Source: Tetramitus jugosus (lineage: Eukaryota; Protista; Heterolobosea). From it: DNA of 64,000 bases. Below, piece by piece: positions 20,827 through 32,249 of the stretch; the first letter of the stretch is position 1, and each line of letters starts with the position of its first letter. A model generated the notes under the pieces. It had not been told where the DNA came from, searched no databases, and saw nothing but the letters and a program-made list of their open reading frames with translations. The stretch is from assembly GCA_937625935.1 (NCBI GenBank), contig OW569352.1, positions 496,001 through 560,000 of the forward strand, read 5' to 3'. Both the position numbers and the translations under genes were made by a program.

Positions 20827-22875
20827 ATGGTCATCGTATCACACTTGTGTCTCCAAGAATCATTCTTGTTGCCTGGCAGCACAATGAACGCCACTCTCAA
20901 CTTGTTGAACATATCAGAAGATGTCATATCAGAGAAGGGACCCTATCACTCCAATCTGTTGACACTGTTTGAGCACTATGGTGTGTTAAATGATGATGAT
21001 GATGATGATGGAGGTAATGTTGATGAAGAAGACGATGACGATGATGAAAATGAAAATGATCATCAGGAAGAAAATAGTCATGATGATCAGAGGAATGGCA
21101 ATGTTGAGATGACGACGACGAGTAAAAATGAGGTTGATGTTGATGACGATCAAAATGAGACAAATAATAATAATAATAATAATAATAGTAGTGGTGGTGG
21201 TGGCAGTAGTAGTTGGTGGTCATCGATATTTGGTGCATTTTCATCACCTGCCTCAGCTACGACACCAAATGATACGACAAACAATAATAATGATAATGAT
21301 GATCATAATGATAGTCTCAGTAGTAGCAGTAGTCATAGTAATCAAACAAGGAGAGGCAAAAAGCGAAGAAATTCAATCATTATCGATGATCCGTCATTGA
21401 ATTGGAAAGTTGATCGAGTGTATGGTCAAATCTATGGCATGTGTATTGCTGATTCCACATGGCTCAACTCTATTGTTGAATGTGAGAAGGAGAGACATTA
21501 CTATACAGCTGCATCGAAGACGAACGACGAGAGTAACATGAATGGTGCGAGCGAAGATGAAGAATATGCATCGAACCACAGAAATCAAAGGATTGATCCA
21601 AACACGTTCAATGATGATCACATGTATCGATATGAGTGTCGTTTGAAGAATCTTGTTCCTCGAAAGAAGAACAGTCAGATGATCTTCATGTCTCATCCCA
21701 AGGAATTCGAACAGTGCTCCAATCAAACCATTCTGTTGAACGATAATCGGAAGATTGATTTTTCATTGGTGTTGCCCACGAGTGAGATACCACCAACGTA
21801 CAAGGGAACTCTGCTGCGTTACATTTATTTTTTAGCGATATCGATTCAGGTGTCCAATCAAAAGAAGGGTGTATTCACAAAGGTGATGACCATTCCGTTC
21901 AAGATTAGAAATCCGGTCGCGTCTCTTGCATCTGTGAACTCTCGATTCGATGAACGGTTTGATTTTCAATGGAAGTTGTTTGATACGACGAGTGTGGGTA
22001 TAGTCCGGAGCTCAATAGATAGCAATGATAGCAGCAGTAGTAGCAATAGCAGTGGAAGAAACGCAAGAGCTTCGTCATCTGCATCCCTGTTCAGCAAGAA
22101 GACTGCAGAACTGATGAATGAGCGATCAAAGTCCTCAGCTCTGCATCGTCAACGCAAAGCAGAAGAATCAACTGATCTATCAACTTCTTCATTCTATTAT
22201 TCATTCAGAGCGATTGACAACATTATATCGAACCAATCAAGAGCAAACTTTTATGAAATTACAGATGGTGACAATCGTGTCTGCAAGTTCTCACTGTCAA
22301 ACACTGCATTCTGTATCGGTGATACACTACTTGGAGTGTTTGATTTTTCTCAATGTGATGTGACTTGTCTAAAGGTAAACATTGAGCTCATCCACAAGGA
22401 ATCGTATGCTAAATGGCTCCACAGAGGCTACATTGCTGCATCATCCACCAACAACAATCAGACTTCATCAGATAGTAGCAACGATGAACAGAAACCTGCG
22501 GACGAAGGATATTATCACAGCCTGGAATCCAAGCTCTGTCGATCCTCAGTGGGCTACTTCTCAAGACACACCTTGAACACGCTGACAACAGATTTTCATA
22601 TGATGATACCTCCACATGCACCTGCGCAATTCTCCACAGATATGATCGATGTGAAATGGTACTTGAAATTTACGTTCTATCTCATGAAACAACAACAGGA
22701 GAACAACCAAGAGGTTGCTTTCACAGCACAAATGCTTCAAGAACAAAGAAACTCACTAACAGTGGATGTTCTTGAGTGGCAACTTCCGATTCAAGTGTTT
22801 GTTCCCACACACTTTCGGCCGTTGCATACCCAGAGCATGTCTCGTGAGATGTGCATGCTATGCTATCACGTGTAA
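20827..22875 (+). CDS. RGP1: RGP1 (Ric1-Rgp1 Rab6 GEF subunit)-like
   Basis: LP..IPPTYKG..LRYIY.L.I, AFCIGDT..GVFDF, IP..APAQFSTDMIDVKWYLKFTF, LEWQLPIQV. Confidence 0.75.
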   Translation: MVIVSHLCLQESFLLPGSTMNATLNLLNISEDVISEKGPYHSNLLTLFEHYGVLNDDDDDDGGNVDEEDDDDDENENDHQEENSHDDQRNGNVEMTTTSKNEVDVDDDQNETNNNNNNNNSSGGGGSSSWWSSIFGAFSSPASATTPNDTTNNNNDNDDHNDSLSSSSSHSNQTRRGKKRRNSIIIDDPSLNWKVDRVYGQIYGMCIADSTWLNSIVECEKERHYYTAASKTNDESNMNGASEDEEYASNHRNQRIDPNTFNDDHMYRYECRLKNLVPRKKNSQMIFMSHPKEFEQCSNQTILLNDNRKIDFSLVLPTSEIPPTYKGTLLRYIYFLAISIQVSNQKKGVFTKVMTIPFKIRNPVASLASVNSRFDERFDFQWKLFDTTSVGIVRSSIDSNDSSSSSNSSGRNARASSSASLFSKKTAELMNERSKSSALHRQRKAEESTDLSTSSFYYSFRAIDNIISNQSRANFYEITDGDNRVCKFSLSNTAFCIGDTLLGVFDFSQCDVTCLKVNIELIHKESYAKWLHRGYIAASSTNNNQTSSDSSNDEQKPADEGYYHSLESKLCRSSVGYFSRHTLNTLTTDFHMMIPPHAPAQFSTDMIDVKWYLKFTFYLMKQQQENNQEVAFTAQMLQEQRNSLTVDVLEWQLPIQVFVPTHFRPLHTQSMSREMCMLCYHV

Positions 22876-23081
22876 CATGCCACACTCATTTCCCAAAGCT
22901 TTGGGCACACGCAAGGCAAAATTTTTCGCTCCTGCATTTTGTAGTCGGTAAAATACCTGAAGTTTCATTTGTTGAACCTTCAGTCAACCACCAAAGTCAA
23001 CTGGCTTCCAGCAAAATTCGCAAAATTCCAAAAAACAAATTCAACAACACACTATTGCCATAATCATAATATCAGAACAGG

Positions 23082-23997
23082 ATGAAGGTACGCACAGCAT
23101 CACTAATACTTTTCTGAGGTCAATTGTGTGAGAACAGAGAGCAACCACCCACAACACAACACTAAAATGAATCACACTTTCGCCAATTGTTCACCCCTCC
23201 CCAAATTCTTTCACACACGGCTATCGCTCTCCACACAATTCGACCCTCAATTGTCTGAATTATTTTGAGAATCATCATGTTAACCTATTTTTTGTTTACA
23301 TTAGCTTTTGATCTCTTACCCAGCCACTGGATGCACTAAGACCATCGAAATCGATGACGAAAACAAATTGAGAGGATTCTTTGATAAGAGAATGTCCGAA
23401 GAAGTCCTTGGTGATTCTATCGGTGACGAATTCAAGGGATACGTCTTCAAAATTGCTGGTGGTCAAGATAAGCAAGGTTTCCCAATGAAGCAAGGTGTCT
23501 TGATCAACACCAGAGCTAGACTTCTCTTGAGAAGAGGTGACACTGGTTACCAATTCTGGAGAGGAAGAAATGGTGAGAGAAGAAGAAAGTCCATCAGAGG
23601 TTGCATCGTTGGTGCTGACTTGTCTGTCTTGGACTTGATCGTCGTCAAGAAGGGTGAGCAAGAACTCCCAGGTATCACCGACACCAGCTTGCCAAGAACC
23701 TTCGGTCCAAAGAAGGCTTCCAAGATTAGAAAGCTCTTCAACTTGACACAAAATGATGATGTCAGAAAGTTCGTCATTAAGCACACCAAGAAGATCGGAA
23801 AGAAGCAAGTCCAAAAGGGTCCAAAGATTCAAAGACTTTTGACTCCTGAAAAGCTCAGAAGACAAGTTTTGATCAAGAAGAGAACCGAAGCAAGAAAGGA
23901 GAGATCCAAGACCATGAAGGTTAACTACGAAAAGCTCCTCGCCAAGAGAAAGGCTGCCCCAGCTGAGCACTCCGCCAAGAAGGCAAAGACCCACTAA
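23082..23997 (+). CDS. RPS6: 40S ribosomal protein S6 (eS6), 2 exons
   Basis: Exon1 ATGAAG 23082..23087, intron 23088..23304, exon2 23305..23997; [36 protein letters not shown]. Confidence 0.96.
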
Positions 23998-24064
23998 ATC
24001 TATAAACTGATTCTTGTTCGCTATTTTTTACATGTCATTCTCAATGCATTTGCAAAAAACGTAC

Positions 24065-26229
24065 TTAGTATCCATTTTGATGTTTATTGAGTAGATTGGT
24101 GAATCGATCGAGCAACAACTCTGATTCATGAACAATGTCCGCTAGGTCTCTGTCTCCACTGAAAAGGACTCTTCTCTTGGTAGTTGTCTTCGTTGTGGTA
24201 GTTGGATGCAATGACGACCCATAGATCAAATTTGGTTCGAATACATCCAATCCAAGAGTGTTGCGTGAGAGTGGTAGCTCTATACGTTCTTTCACTGGTA
24301 TTCCAACCTTCTCTCGAGTCGAGCAGACAACGTTTTCTACGACTTCTCGATCCGCTGTTGGTTGCATGTATCGGGAAGTTACATTTCGGTAGAGCGTGGC
24401 CTTCGGTGGTACAAGCTCGGCGACCGACTTGGACCTCGTGGGATCTTTGTTGAAACCTCGATTAATTGTCGTATTGCACTGCTTCCCTGTGCAACCATCA
24501 TTTGATTCTCCAGATGTGACATGTCCCAATTCTTTATCATATTGATTGTTCAGAGCTACTCTCGGAATTTGTCCAACAACAGTCTGCTTCTGTCCATTCG
24601 CTCGTGCTTGGTCGAACAATGAATCATACACTTCACTACCCGCTGTGGGGTATATCCGTTGGTAGTTAACGACGCGACTTTCAGCTGCTTGAAGAATTCT
24701 TTTTGTTTGTTGTCTCCTATCTTCTAACTGTTCTGAATCGCCTGTTCCCAATTTTCCTGTGATTCTCACTTGAGCTTTCGCTCTCTCAATCTTCTTGCAT
24801 TTAATTCGATCAAAAGGATCCAGTGCCAGCATGTTCATTGTTTCTTGGAGAAGAGAGAATTTCACTTGCTGGTCAATGGCAGCATCAGTGTTGAACGAAG
24901 GAGAGTGATTCACTTCGAGCAACCAAGCTTTTAAATTCTGATCCAGAAAGATATCAAACCCGAGCAATTCAAAGCAACAGAGTTTCCCATTCTTCGAAGA
25001 ATGCATGCACAAGTCATACTGTTCTTTTAGCTGTGGTTGTATAGATAGAATCGTTTTAACTATAACTGATGCTACATCATCCCACATGTTTTTGCTGCAG
25101 TGACCGAGGGAGTCAACATACTCATTCAAAAAGGAAAAGTTTCGCTTGCTCCCTTTCGAAAAATCATCATCTGAAGATTCAAAGTTATCATTCTGCTTGT
25201 TGATTGAATAATTGGTAAGGTGCATGCAGGCTGATTTCTTCGGAATGAACTGTTAGTATCATCTCTCAAAGTGAACTAAATTGAAAAACTTCTGTTCTTA
25301 CTTACCAAGTTTCTGAGAGATGGTGGCTTGTACTGTTCGGTACACAGGCGAACCAATCCATCGTTGTACATGTAGATTACCAATGGATCTATGCATAAGA
25401 TCAATACATAAACTCTCAAATCAAATTTGAAACCATCAATCAGAAATGGTTTATCCAAGTATATCTGTACAATAGCATCTCCATATTTGTCAACTTCGGT
25501 CTTGTCCCTGCTCAACACTATTCCTTTTCCTTGACATCCTGAACTCGGTTTAATAATAAATGTGTGATTATCACTCAGCTTACTCTTCTTAAATTCGCTG
25601 GACCTATAAAACAGACGAGTTAAATCTGATGTCGAAGCAACATTGATCACTATTCCCACTTACTCATGCGGTAAACTCCACTGCTCTGGCATAAAAGTAT
25701 AGTGTTCTGGGAACATCTTTTTCATTCGTGCAAAGTTTCTTGCCAGTGGAATCTTCCTCGCGATTCCATTCATGCCCGGAAAGTGATTTATTCTTTGATA
25801 GTCGCTCAGCTTCATTACTCTTTCTGGAGCAACAGACGTGTCCATCCACAGAATCGTCCAATCATTGGAGCTCTTCTTGTTCTCTATCCAACCCAAACTT
25901 AATGCAGCATTCCGAACTAGCAATACATCCATCAGTTTTCACTGCACTATTGAACAACAAAGAAACATAAAAAACATACCCACTTCATATCTACAATTGG
26001 AAAGATCAATAATGATTCTTGGTTTCTTGTTCTGAAACGAACTCGTCGTCTCAGTAGGTTCTTGAATACTTGTTTGCTCTTCGTTCCTTTTGGGACTGGA
26101 AGGATGACTACCAAATTGTCTCTTCCTGGGCACGTGACTTGGTCGCATCATTTTTCTATGAAACTCAATTTCTTTGTCAGTACAATGTTTGTGTCTCTTT
26201 GCTTTTTTGAAATTTCGCCTCATTTCCAT
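24065..26229 (-). CDS. Tubulin polyglutamylase (TTLL6/13-like), 4 exons; start uncertain
   Basis: Exon pieces: IIIDLSNCRYEVV-RNAA; W.ILWMD; QRINHFPGM..IARK; IIKPSSGCQGKGI; KPFLIDGFKFDLRVY; MHLTNYSINK; CFELLGFDI; WLLEVNHSPSF. Donors at 25979, 25663 and 25305. Confidence 0.88.
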
Positions 26230-26351
26230 TTGTTGCAGTAAAGGAAAAATGGCGCCAAATGGTCGTGTTTTCTGGGCTTGCACAATATCAGTTCAAGTTC
26301 TTTCTTTCGAACAAAAACAACCAAAACACTCGACAAGAAACAACCAAATTC

Positions 26352-27920
26352 ATGACAGAAAACTCTCAAGCTTTGACTGATTCGCGACAACAAGAAGTGG
26401 ATTCTTTTTTGGTGTCCCAGTTGGAAAAATTGCCATTTATTGTTCATGGATCACAAGACTCACATGACAAGGACATTATCTATTACATGTCACTTGATAC
26501 CAATGCGGTTCAAGAAGTACCATTGAATGGATTCATTGTACATGCACTTAATCGCCTATTGTTGTTGAACAACAATTATGCAGGAGAGTCAATTAATTCC
26601 GGTGCCAGGTCAACCAAGATCCTTTACGAGTTTTGTTCCAAGCATGGAGAGGACAACAATGAGAATCGGAACTTGATTTGTATTGACGAGCACGATGGCA
26701 TTGTTTTGGATTGCTTTAAGGGCACACCTGATGCTATTCAGAATCAGATATTGTACACGTGGGATTTGCATAAACAATCAAGTGAAGCATGTCCTCTCAA
26801 GTGTATGGCCGAGAGAAATATTGTTTTGAAGGTTGCTCGATCGATTAGACATCTTCTAGGATCCATTGGTACCATTTGTCATCACGAGAAGGATCATTCG
26901 AGTGTGTTGAGAACAGAGATCAGACCAAAGGTACGACAAGCACTCAGATCATTGGATTTTGAGCAGAGAGTTCAATGTTTATCGACCGTGGATTTTGTTA
27001 CAGTTTTTCAACCAAAAACCGTGCAACAAATGAAGGATTATGAATATGTTTCACTAGTCAAATCTGTAGTATTTCAGCTAGTTCAGACAATGGCTCAATT
27101 TGAGTATGTTGAAGTCTATTCAAAACAAACAGCAGTTCAATTTGAAGTCAAATCGAAGAGATTTGTCTACAGGGAGTGGTTAGAAGACGATATAACCATC
27201 GAACAAGCGATTTTAGAGCTAGATCTTCTGAATGAATACAGAGACAGAATCGTTGCTCAGTGCATAGGAGTCTTGGTCGAAAAGGTTAACAAACAATTGA
27301 GTAACTTTCAGTTGGCAAATGAGTCTTCAAGCTCAAACAGTGCGAATGGATTTATTAGACAATCTAATGGACACATTGTAGATATGGCACATGAAAGATG
27401 TATTCTGTTCCCTATTGATATAGCTTTCACAGATTTTGCAGGTATGTCAAAAGCGATGAGAGCATATCAACAACAAGTGACTCTTGATGGCATAGCAACC
27501 AACGATGTTGAAAGTAGTATCAATCTTCATCAGATTTTTAACGACCTTAGAATGGTTATTTTTTCAACGAATGTCAATCCTCTTGATAGTACGATTACGT
27601 TGAAGGTCTCACAGTCATCCCAACACAATAGTAGCGAGAAGAAGAAAGAAGAACTGGAGACTCAACTTTCAGCTTTGATGCAAACAATTCGACACGATCC
27701 ACTATATCATTGGTCAAGGTTCTACTACACATTTGCCTACAATTGTGAAACCAAGTCCTTGAATTGTATCGCACGACGATGCAAGCACTCGTTCCGTGTG
27801 CACTTTTCATCTCATATCGACGATGCAAAGATGGTGGAGAATATGAACGAGATCACTCCAGGAGTATCATATCTCTGCCACGGACGTCTTTTCTATCATT
27901 TCGACAATATGATTGTCTGA
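26352..27920 (+). CDS. Hypothetical protein with N-terminal nucleotidyltransferase-like GS..DxD motif
   Basis: Intronless 522-aa ORF from MTENSQ; FIVHGSQDSHDKDIIYY. Confidence 0.6.
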   Translation: MTENSQALTDSRQQEVDSFLVSQLEKLPFIVHGSQDSHDKDIIYYMSLDTNAVQEVPLNGFIVHALNRLLLLNNNYAGESINSGARSTKILYEFCSKHGEDNNENRNLICIDEHDGIVLDCFKGTPDAIQNQILYTWDLHKQSSEACPLKCMAERNIVLKVARSIRHLLGSIGTICHHEKDHSSVLRTEIRPKVRQALRSLDFEQRVQCLSTVDFVTVFQPKTVQQMKDYEYVSLVKSVVFQLVQTMAQFEYVEVYSKQTAVQFEVKSKRFVYREWLEDDITIEQAILELDLLNEYRDRIVAQCIGVLVEKVNKQLSNFQLANESSSSNSANGFIRQSNGHIVDMAHERCILFPIDIAFTDFAGMSKAMRAYQQQVTLDGIATNDVESSINLHQIFNDLRMVIFSTNVNPLDSTITLKVSQSSQHNSSEKKKEELETQLSALMQTIRHDPLYHWSRFYYTFAYNCETKSLNCIARRCKHSFRVHFSSHIDDAKMVENMNEITPGVSYLCHGRLFYHFDNMIV

Positions 27921-28044
27921 GAAAACAACTTGATCAGCAATATAGTAAGAATACTAATTTATTTCAAACGGTTCTTTTGGTGCTCTGGGATTATTTACAG
28001 GATTTGTGAGTCTGTCACAGAACCGAGTTCATTTGGAGTCTTCC

Positions 28045-28845
28045 TCACTTCTTAAGAACAGGTTCTCGAGCGAAACGAGTTGCATCACCACCCATGAGCA
28101 TCATGTTTGGTGTTTGCTCAGGAGGCATTCTTCTGACAATATTCTTGTGGAATTTGTAGTAACTACCACTGAATCTTCCAAAGTTCCAAGCAGCTAGGAG
28201 CTTCTCGGTAAACAATCCATTGTTCTGGCCATCGTAGGACAATTGATTATCTTGGCATCCAGAAATGAGAATGACCGAACATTTGATTTGCTTGAATTCT
28301 CTGACACCTCTGGAGATGTTGTCATAGAACTCCTTATTGATCTCATAGGTCTTTCTAGCCACAGCAGTAGGCATATATTTAGGTTTTCTCTTTCCAATGA
28401 CTTCTTCTACTCTGGTAGGTCCTGTTCTCACAACTGTACCACTGTGGCAACTGTCGGAAAGAACGAGAACCTTTACACCTTCCTTGAATTCAGCTAGGAG
28501 ACCGAAGATCTCATCGTCCAACATCTCTCCATCATACAGGACCCAAGTTTCATCCATTTTGTCACTTTCATCACCATTCATGTCAGGAACTTGACCTCCG
28601 TGGCCAGAATAGGTCAAAAAGAAGCAATCTCCACTATTCATTCTGGTACTGCAATCTCTGATACTACGCATTACAGAGTCTCTTGTTGCAGTCTTTGTCA
28701 AGAGAATATTCGGTTGGAAGCCCTGATCTGTCGCCAACTTTCTCATGTCATTTGCATCAGGCTCGCACCCAACCAGTTGCCCATCCCATCCACCGTAGTG
28801 TCTTGGATCGACGTTGTTAAGACCAATATGTAAGGAGATTCTCAT
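28045..28845 (-). CDS. Caspase-family (peptidase C14, metacaspase-type) protease, bacterial-style
   Basis: FFLTYSGHGGQVPD, DETWVLYD, SDSCHSGT (His-Cys dyad), ISGCQDNQ.S.DG..NGLFT; no prodomain. Confidence 0.9.
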   Translation of the reverse strand: MRISLHIGLNNVDPRHYGGWDGQLVGCEPDANDMRKLATDQGFQPNILLTKTATRDSVMRSIRDCSTRMNSGDCFFLTYSGHGGQVPDMNGDESDKMDETWVLYDGEMLDDEIFGLLAEFKEGVKVLVLSDSCHSGTVVRTGPTRVEEVIGKRKPKYMPTAVARKTYEINKEFYDNISRGVREFKQIKCSVILISGCQDNQLSYDGQNNGLFTEKLLAAWNFGRFSGSYYKFHKNIVRRMPPEQTPNMMLMGGDATRFAREPVLKK

Positions 28846-29267
28846 AGTTATGTCTGTTAGTTAGTTTGTTGTTTTCAGATTGTTGTTGCTGGACAACTTC
28901 TGACTCCTTTTATACAACCAAATACGATATATACAGTAACTCCACTTTTGGAGTATTCTATTAGCACATCCACATCGCGAACAAAAGACATCTCCTTGAG
29001 GTCCTTTATTGATTCCCAGGTGTATTAGAGTAGTTAAATGTGTTCTGATCCCGACCTAAAATTACAGATATCGCTTGTGCCTGCTGCCCAAAAACTTCCC
29101 ATTCTTGAGGTTTACAGTCATCAATAACCGAAAAAATCATCTAGGACTGCTGAACCGCTCTGATCGCGAGATCTGGACAAATCCTGACACTGACATCACA
29201 CCATTTTGTCCGACGTAACCGTCGAAGTGACTTCTACAGAAATAAATCGAAGTACGAACAACAAGGG

Positions 29268-30428
29268 ATGGATTCTGCCTTCAAATCAGCGAATAGAGAT
29301 CAGGTTGTCTCTCCTCGAACTGACGCTGTGATAATATATGAGAAAGAGAAAACTCTCGAACCCACAGTGACCATCAATGAGAGTACTCGGTATGAATGGG
29401 AGCCTCAAATGTCGCCTCGAAGCAACAGGAAGCCCTCTACGAAGAGAAATCATGTTGTTAGACTTGACTCTAAAAGAAATAAGGAGAAGAAAAAGAAGAA
29501 GGTTCATAAACCTCTATCTCCTCGATTCTATAATGGTACTAAAGTAGTCTTTGACCCTATACCTGATATCCCATCCTTAGAACCAAAGAAGAAGAAGAAA
29601 AAGGAAGTTTTAGCAATAGATGACGCTCCAGTTTTGGTTGATAAACCAAGGAAGAAACAAGAAGACCGAAGATTGTCGTCCATACTCAATTTAATATCGC
29701 CTAAAACTTCTTCCAAGGATCATCTTGATCTCACACCTCCCTCAACGTCTCGACAACGAAATTACACTAGTGAATCTTTGGATGAGTCCGTTGATGTCTC
29801 TCATCCAACTCTGAGAGCAACTCGCCTCTCCCAGCATCAGAGATGTTATTCAACCTATTCCAACGCATCTATTTCTCAATCAATAGTCTCTATATCTGCG
29901 TCTCTTTCTGAACACTCATCCGCCCCATCATCCAGATCGGTGTCGAGATTAAATCAACGAAGCTCTCTCTCATTGCCCTCTGAAACACCTGACCTAAGTC
30001 GAAGAAGATTCTCTTCTTCCTTTGTATCTCCCATTCTTCACCCGAATGAATCATTTCGTGGATTAGGAACGAGTATTGGCGATAACAGAAGCAAGAAGAG
30101 TATAATAGCTAGCAAATTCTTGCTCGATCAATACTTTAAGACTTACAATAGCAATTCCACTACTCCGCAATCAGAGTATCGAGATCGAAAAACTGAATTC
30201 CTATCATTGAGAAAGAGCTTGAATAATGCTTCCAACTTTCCATTGTATAAAACTGCTCGTTCAGGTGACTCTAAGACACCTGTTAGTGCTGTCATTGCTA
30301 AAGATATTGTAAAGTTTACGAGCGATGAAGAACAAAGTAAAGAGTCCAGGATAGCGGCATATCAAGAATTTTTGAATCCTCAATACCAAACCCTCCAAGA
30401 TAGAAAGTACAATATCCAAAACAAATGA
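29268..30428 (+). CDS. Hypothetical S/K/R-rich disordered protein
   Basis: 386-aa ORF with several SPR/SPK motifs and poly-K tracts. Confidence 0.55.
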   Translation: MDSAFKSANRDQVVSPRTDAVIIYEKEKTLEPTVTINESTRYEWEPQMSPRSNRKPSTKRNHVVRLDSKRNKEKKKKKVHKPLSPRFYNGTKVVFDPIPDIPSLEPKKKKKKEVLAIDDAPVLVDKPRKKQEDRRLSSILNLISPKTSSKDHLDLTPPSTSRQRNYTSESLDESVDVSHPTLRATRLSQHQRCYSTYSNASISQSIVSISASLSEHSSAPSSRSVSRLNQRSSLSLPSETPDLSRRRFSSSFVSPILHPNESFRGLGTSIGDNRSKKSIIASKFLLDQYFKTYNSNSTTPQSEYRDRKTEFLSLRKSLNNASNFPLYKTARSGDSKTPVSAVIAKDIVKFTSDEEQSKESRIAAYQEFLNPQYQTLQDRKYNIQNK

Positions 30429-30518
30429 ATAGGAAGATCATTGATGAGTATGGATCTTAAGTGGATGGAATACAACTCGCTTTTGAAATGAGAATTCAGT
30501 CGTAGCATGGAAATGTAA

Positions 30519-31493
30519 TTATTGGACCGACCATAATCGAATGGTATTGTCTTGTGCACCAGTTGCTACTTGCATACTATCATTTGTTTGAACAAGAGTC
30601 AAAGCTCTAATAGGATCGTCATGTGCCTGTATGGAGTCTTCATTGTAAAATCCTTCGAGAGACCATTGAAACAGCATACCTGATGCATCCGTCGAAAAGG
30701 CACGGTAGGTTGATTGATCCACACAAACACAAGTCACAGAACTCGAGTGACCATACATTGTGTTAATCGACTTGTTCAAAAGAAGATCATACACCTTGAG
30801 TGTAGTGTCCTTAGAACATGAAACAATAAACGGTTGCTCGTGTATATCAACACGAGCCATTCCCAAAACCTCATCCTTGTGTCCATTCTTGTCCATTCTC
30901 GTCTGACTGGCATCTATCGCATAATCATCACTAGTAGATTTCTTGGCAAACACTGATATACCACTCTGAGAGGCTGTGTAGAGTCTTGACCTATCACTTG
31001 TAATATATTCACTAATAGCGTTTACATATCCAGAGTGCCTGTGAGAAGTCAGACTTGGATAGGTGTTCGCAAGAGATACGAACTTTGATGCTCTCATGTC
31101 GTACACTTGACAAGTTGTGTCATAGGAACCAGTGATGATACGGCCATTGCTCAACTGAGAGATGGATCGGATAGTGTTTGTGTGAGATTTAATGGACGAG
31201 ATGGGACGAGAATCTGCTCTCAGATCAAACATTTCCAACGTGCCGTCATGTCTGCCACACAAGACCAGATCACCACCACTACCTCCGGATGAAGAAGTAC
31301 TGTTTAATAGGTACAACGAATAAACAGAACCCAGCTCCCCAGCAATACTTTTCAATGTGGATATATTGGTCTGCTTTGCCAGATCAAACACTTCAACATG
31401 GCAACATCCGGCAAATAGTTGGTTTAGCTTGGGACAGTACGCCAGAGCTCGAATCTTATCTGAGCACTGGGAGAATTCCAACGTTTTCTGCAT
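30519..31493 (-). CDS. WD40-repeat protein
   Basis: SHTNTIRSI..ITGSYD.TCQVYD, GHKDEV..VSCSKDTTLKVYD, GHSSSV, AHDDPI..ATGAQDNTIRLW. Confidence 0.88.
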   Translation of the reverse strand: MQKTLEFSQCSDKIRALAYCPKLNQLFAGCCHVEVFDLAKQTNISTLKSIAGELGSVYSLYLLNSTSSSGGSGGDLVLCGRHDGTLEMFDLRADSRPISSIKSHTNTIRSISQLSNGRIITGSYDTTCQVYDMRASKFVSLANTYPSLTSHRHSGYVNAISEYITSDRSRLYTASQSGISVFAKKSTSDDYAIDASQTRMDKNGHKDEVLGMARVDIHEQPFIVSCSKDTTLKVYDLLLNKSINTMYGHSSSVTCVCVDQSTYRAFSTDASGMLFQWSLEGFYNEDSIQAHDDPIRALTLVQTNDSMQVATGAQDNTIRLWSVQ

Positions 31494-31658
31494 TGTTCCA
31501 GATTGCGTTGGGTTTGTTGTTATTTGGTTTGATTACGTTCTCGGAATCCCTCTTCTTGGAACAAAAACCAGAACTTAATCAAAACCAAACTAGAAGAAGT
31601 CGGTCGAAAGAAACAAAAATGCAAGTGACATGATTTGAACAGAAAAAAATAGAAACAT

Positions 31659-32060
31659 TTACTCGTTTTCTTCAGTCTTGAGCTTGCCTCTGACGTTGGC
31701 GACATTGATGTCCAATTGTCTAGCACGTTGAATCAACTTAGCTCTGTTAACAGCAGAGACAGTGGAAGCAATAACAGCTTGGTACTTTTGGTTTTGCATC
31801 AAAAGAGCTTCCAACTCCTTCTCGTTGTTGACGACGAAGTCAATGAATCTGTTGTTTCTCATGTACTTGGTTCTCTTGTCAGCTCCGAGACCGATGGTTG
31901 GCATACCACCACGGCCAGCAAAGTGTCTTCTCAAAGGATTATCAATACCTCTTGGCTTTCTCCAACTTGGCTTAACTCTCTTGAATTGATCAGATTGGAA
32001 TCTGTGGAACTTCTTAGTACGCTTGTGAGTTGGTCTTTGCTTGGTGATTGCTTGTGGCAT
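31659..32060 (-). CDS. RPL32: 60S ribosomal protein L32 (eL32)
   Basis: KRTKKFHRFQSDQFKRVKPSWRKPRGIDN. Confidence 0.96.
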   Translation of the reverse strand: MPQAITKQRPTHKRTKKFHRFQSDQFKRVKPSWRKPRGIDNPLRRHFAGRGGMPTIGLGADKRTKYMRNNRFIDFVVNNEKELEALLMQNQKYQAVIASTVSAVNRAKLIQRARQLDINVANVRGKLKTEENE

Positions 32061-32249
32061 GGTGATAGAGATATGTGGTTATGACTTTGTTTTTTTGTTT
32101 GTTATTGGAGATTTCAAAATTTCTGTAAGGTTGACTTGTATGTTCAACAAAACGTTCAAAGTTTTGGTTGAAGCATCACCACAAAAACAAATCAGACCAA
32201 CAAAATGAAATGTTGCACACAAACAAAACCACTTGGAGTCACGCCTTCT

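Noticed and set aside
23296-23994. 232-aa minus-strand ORF (likewise 8075..8707, 46981..47883, 16924..17691, 49714..50241)
   Set aside because: Antisense shadows of well-supported genes, explained by codon bias.
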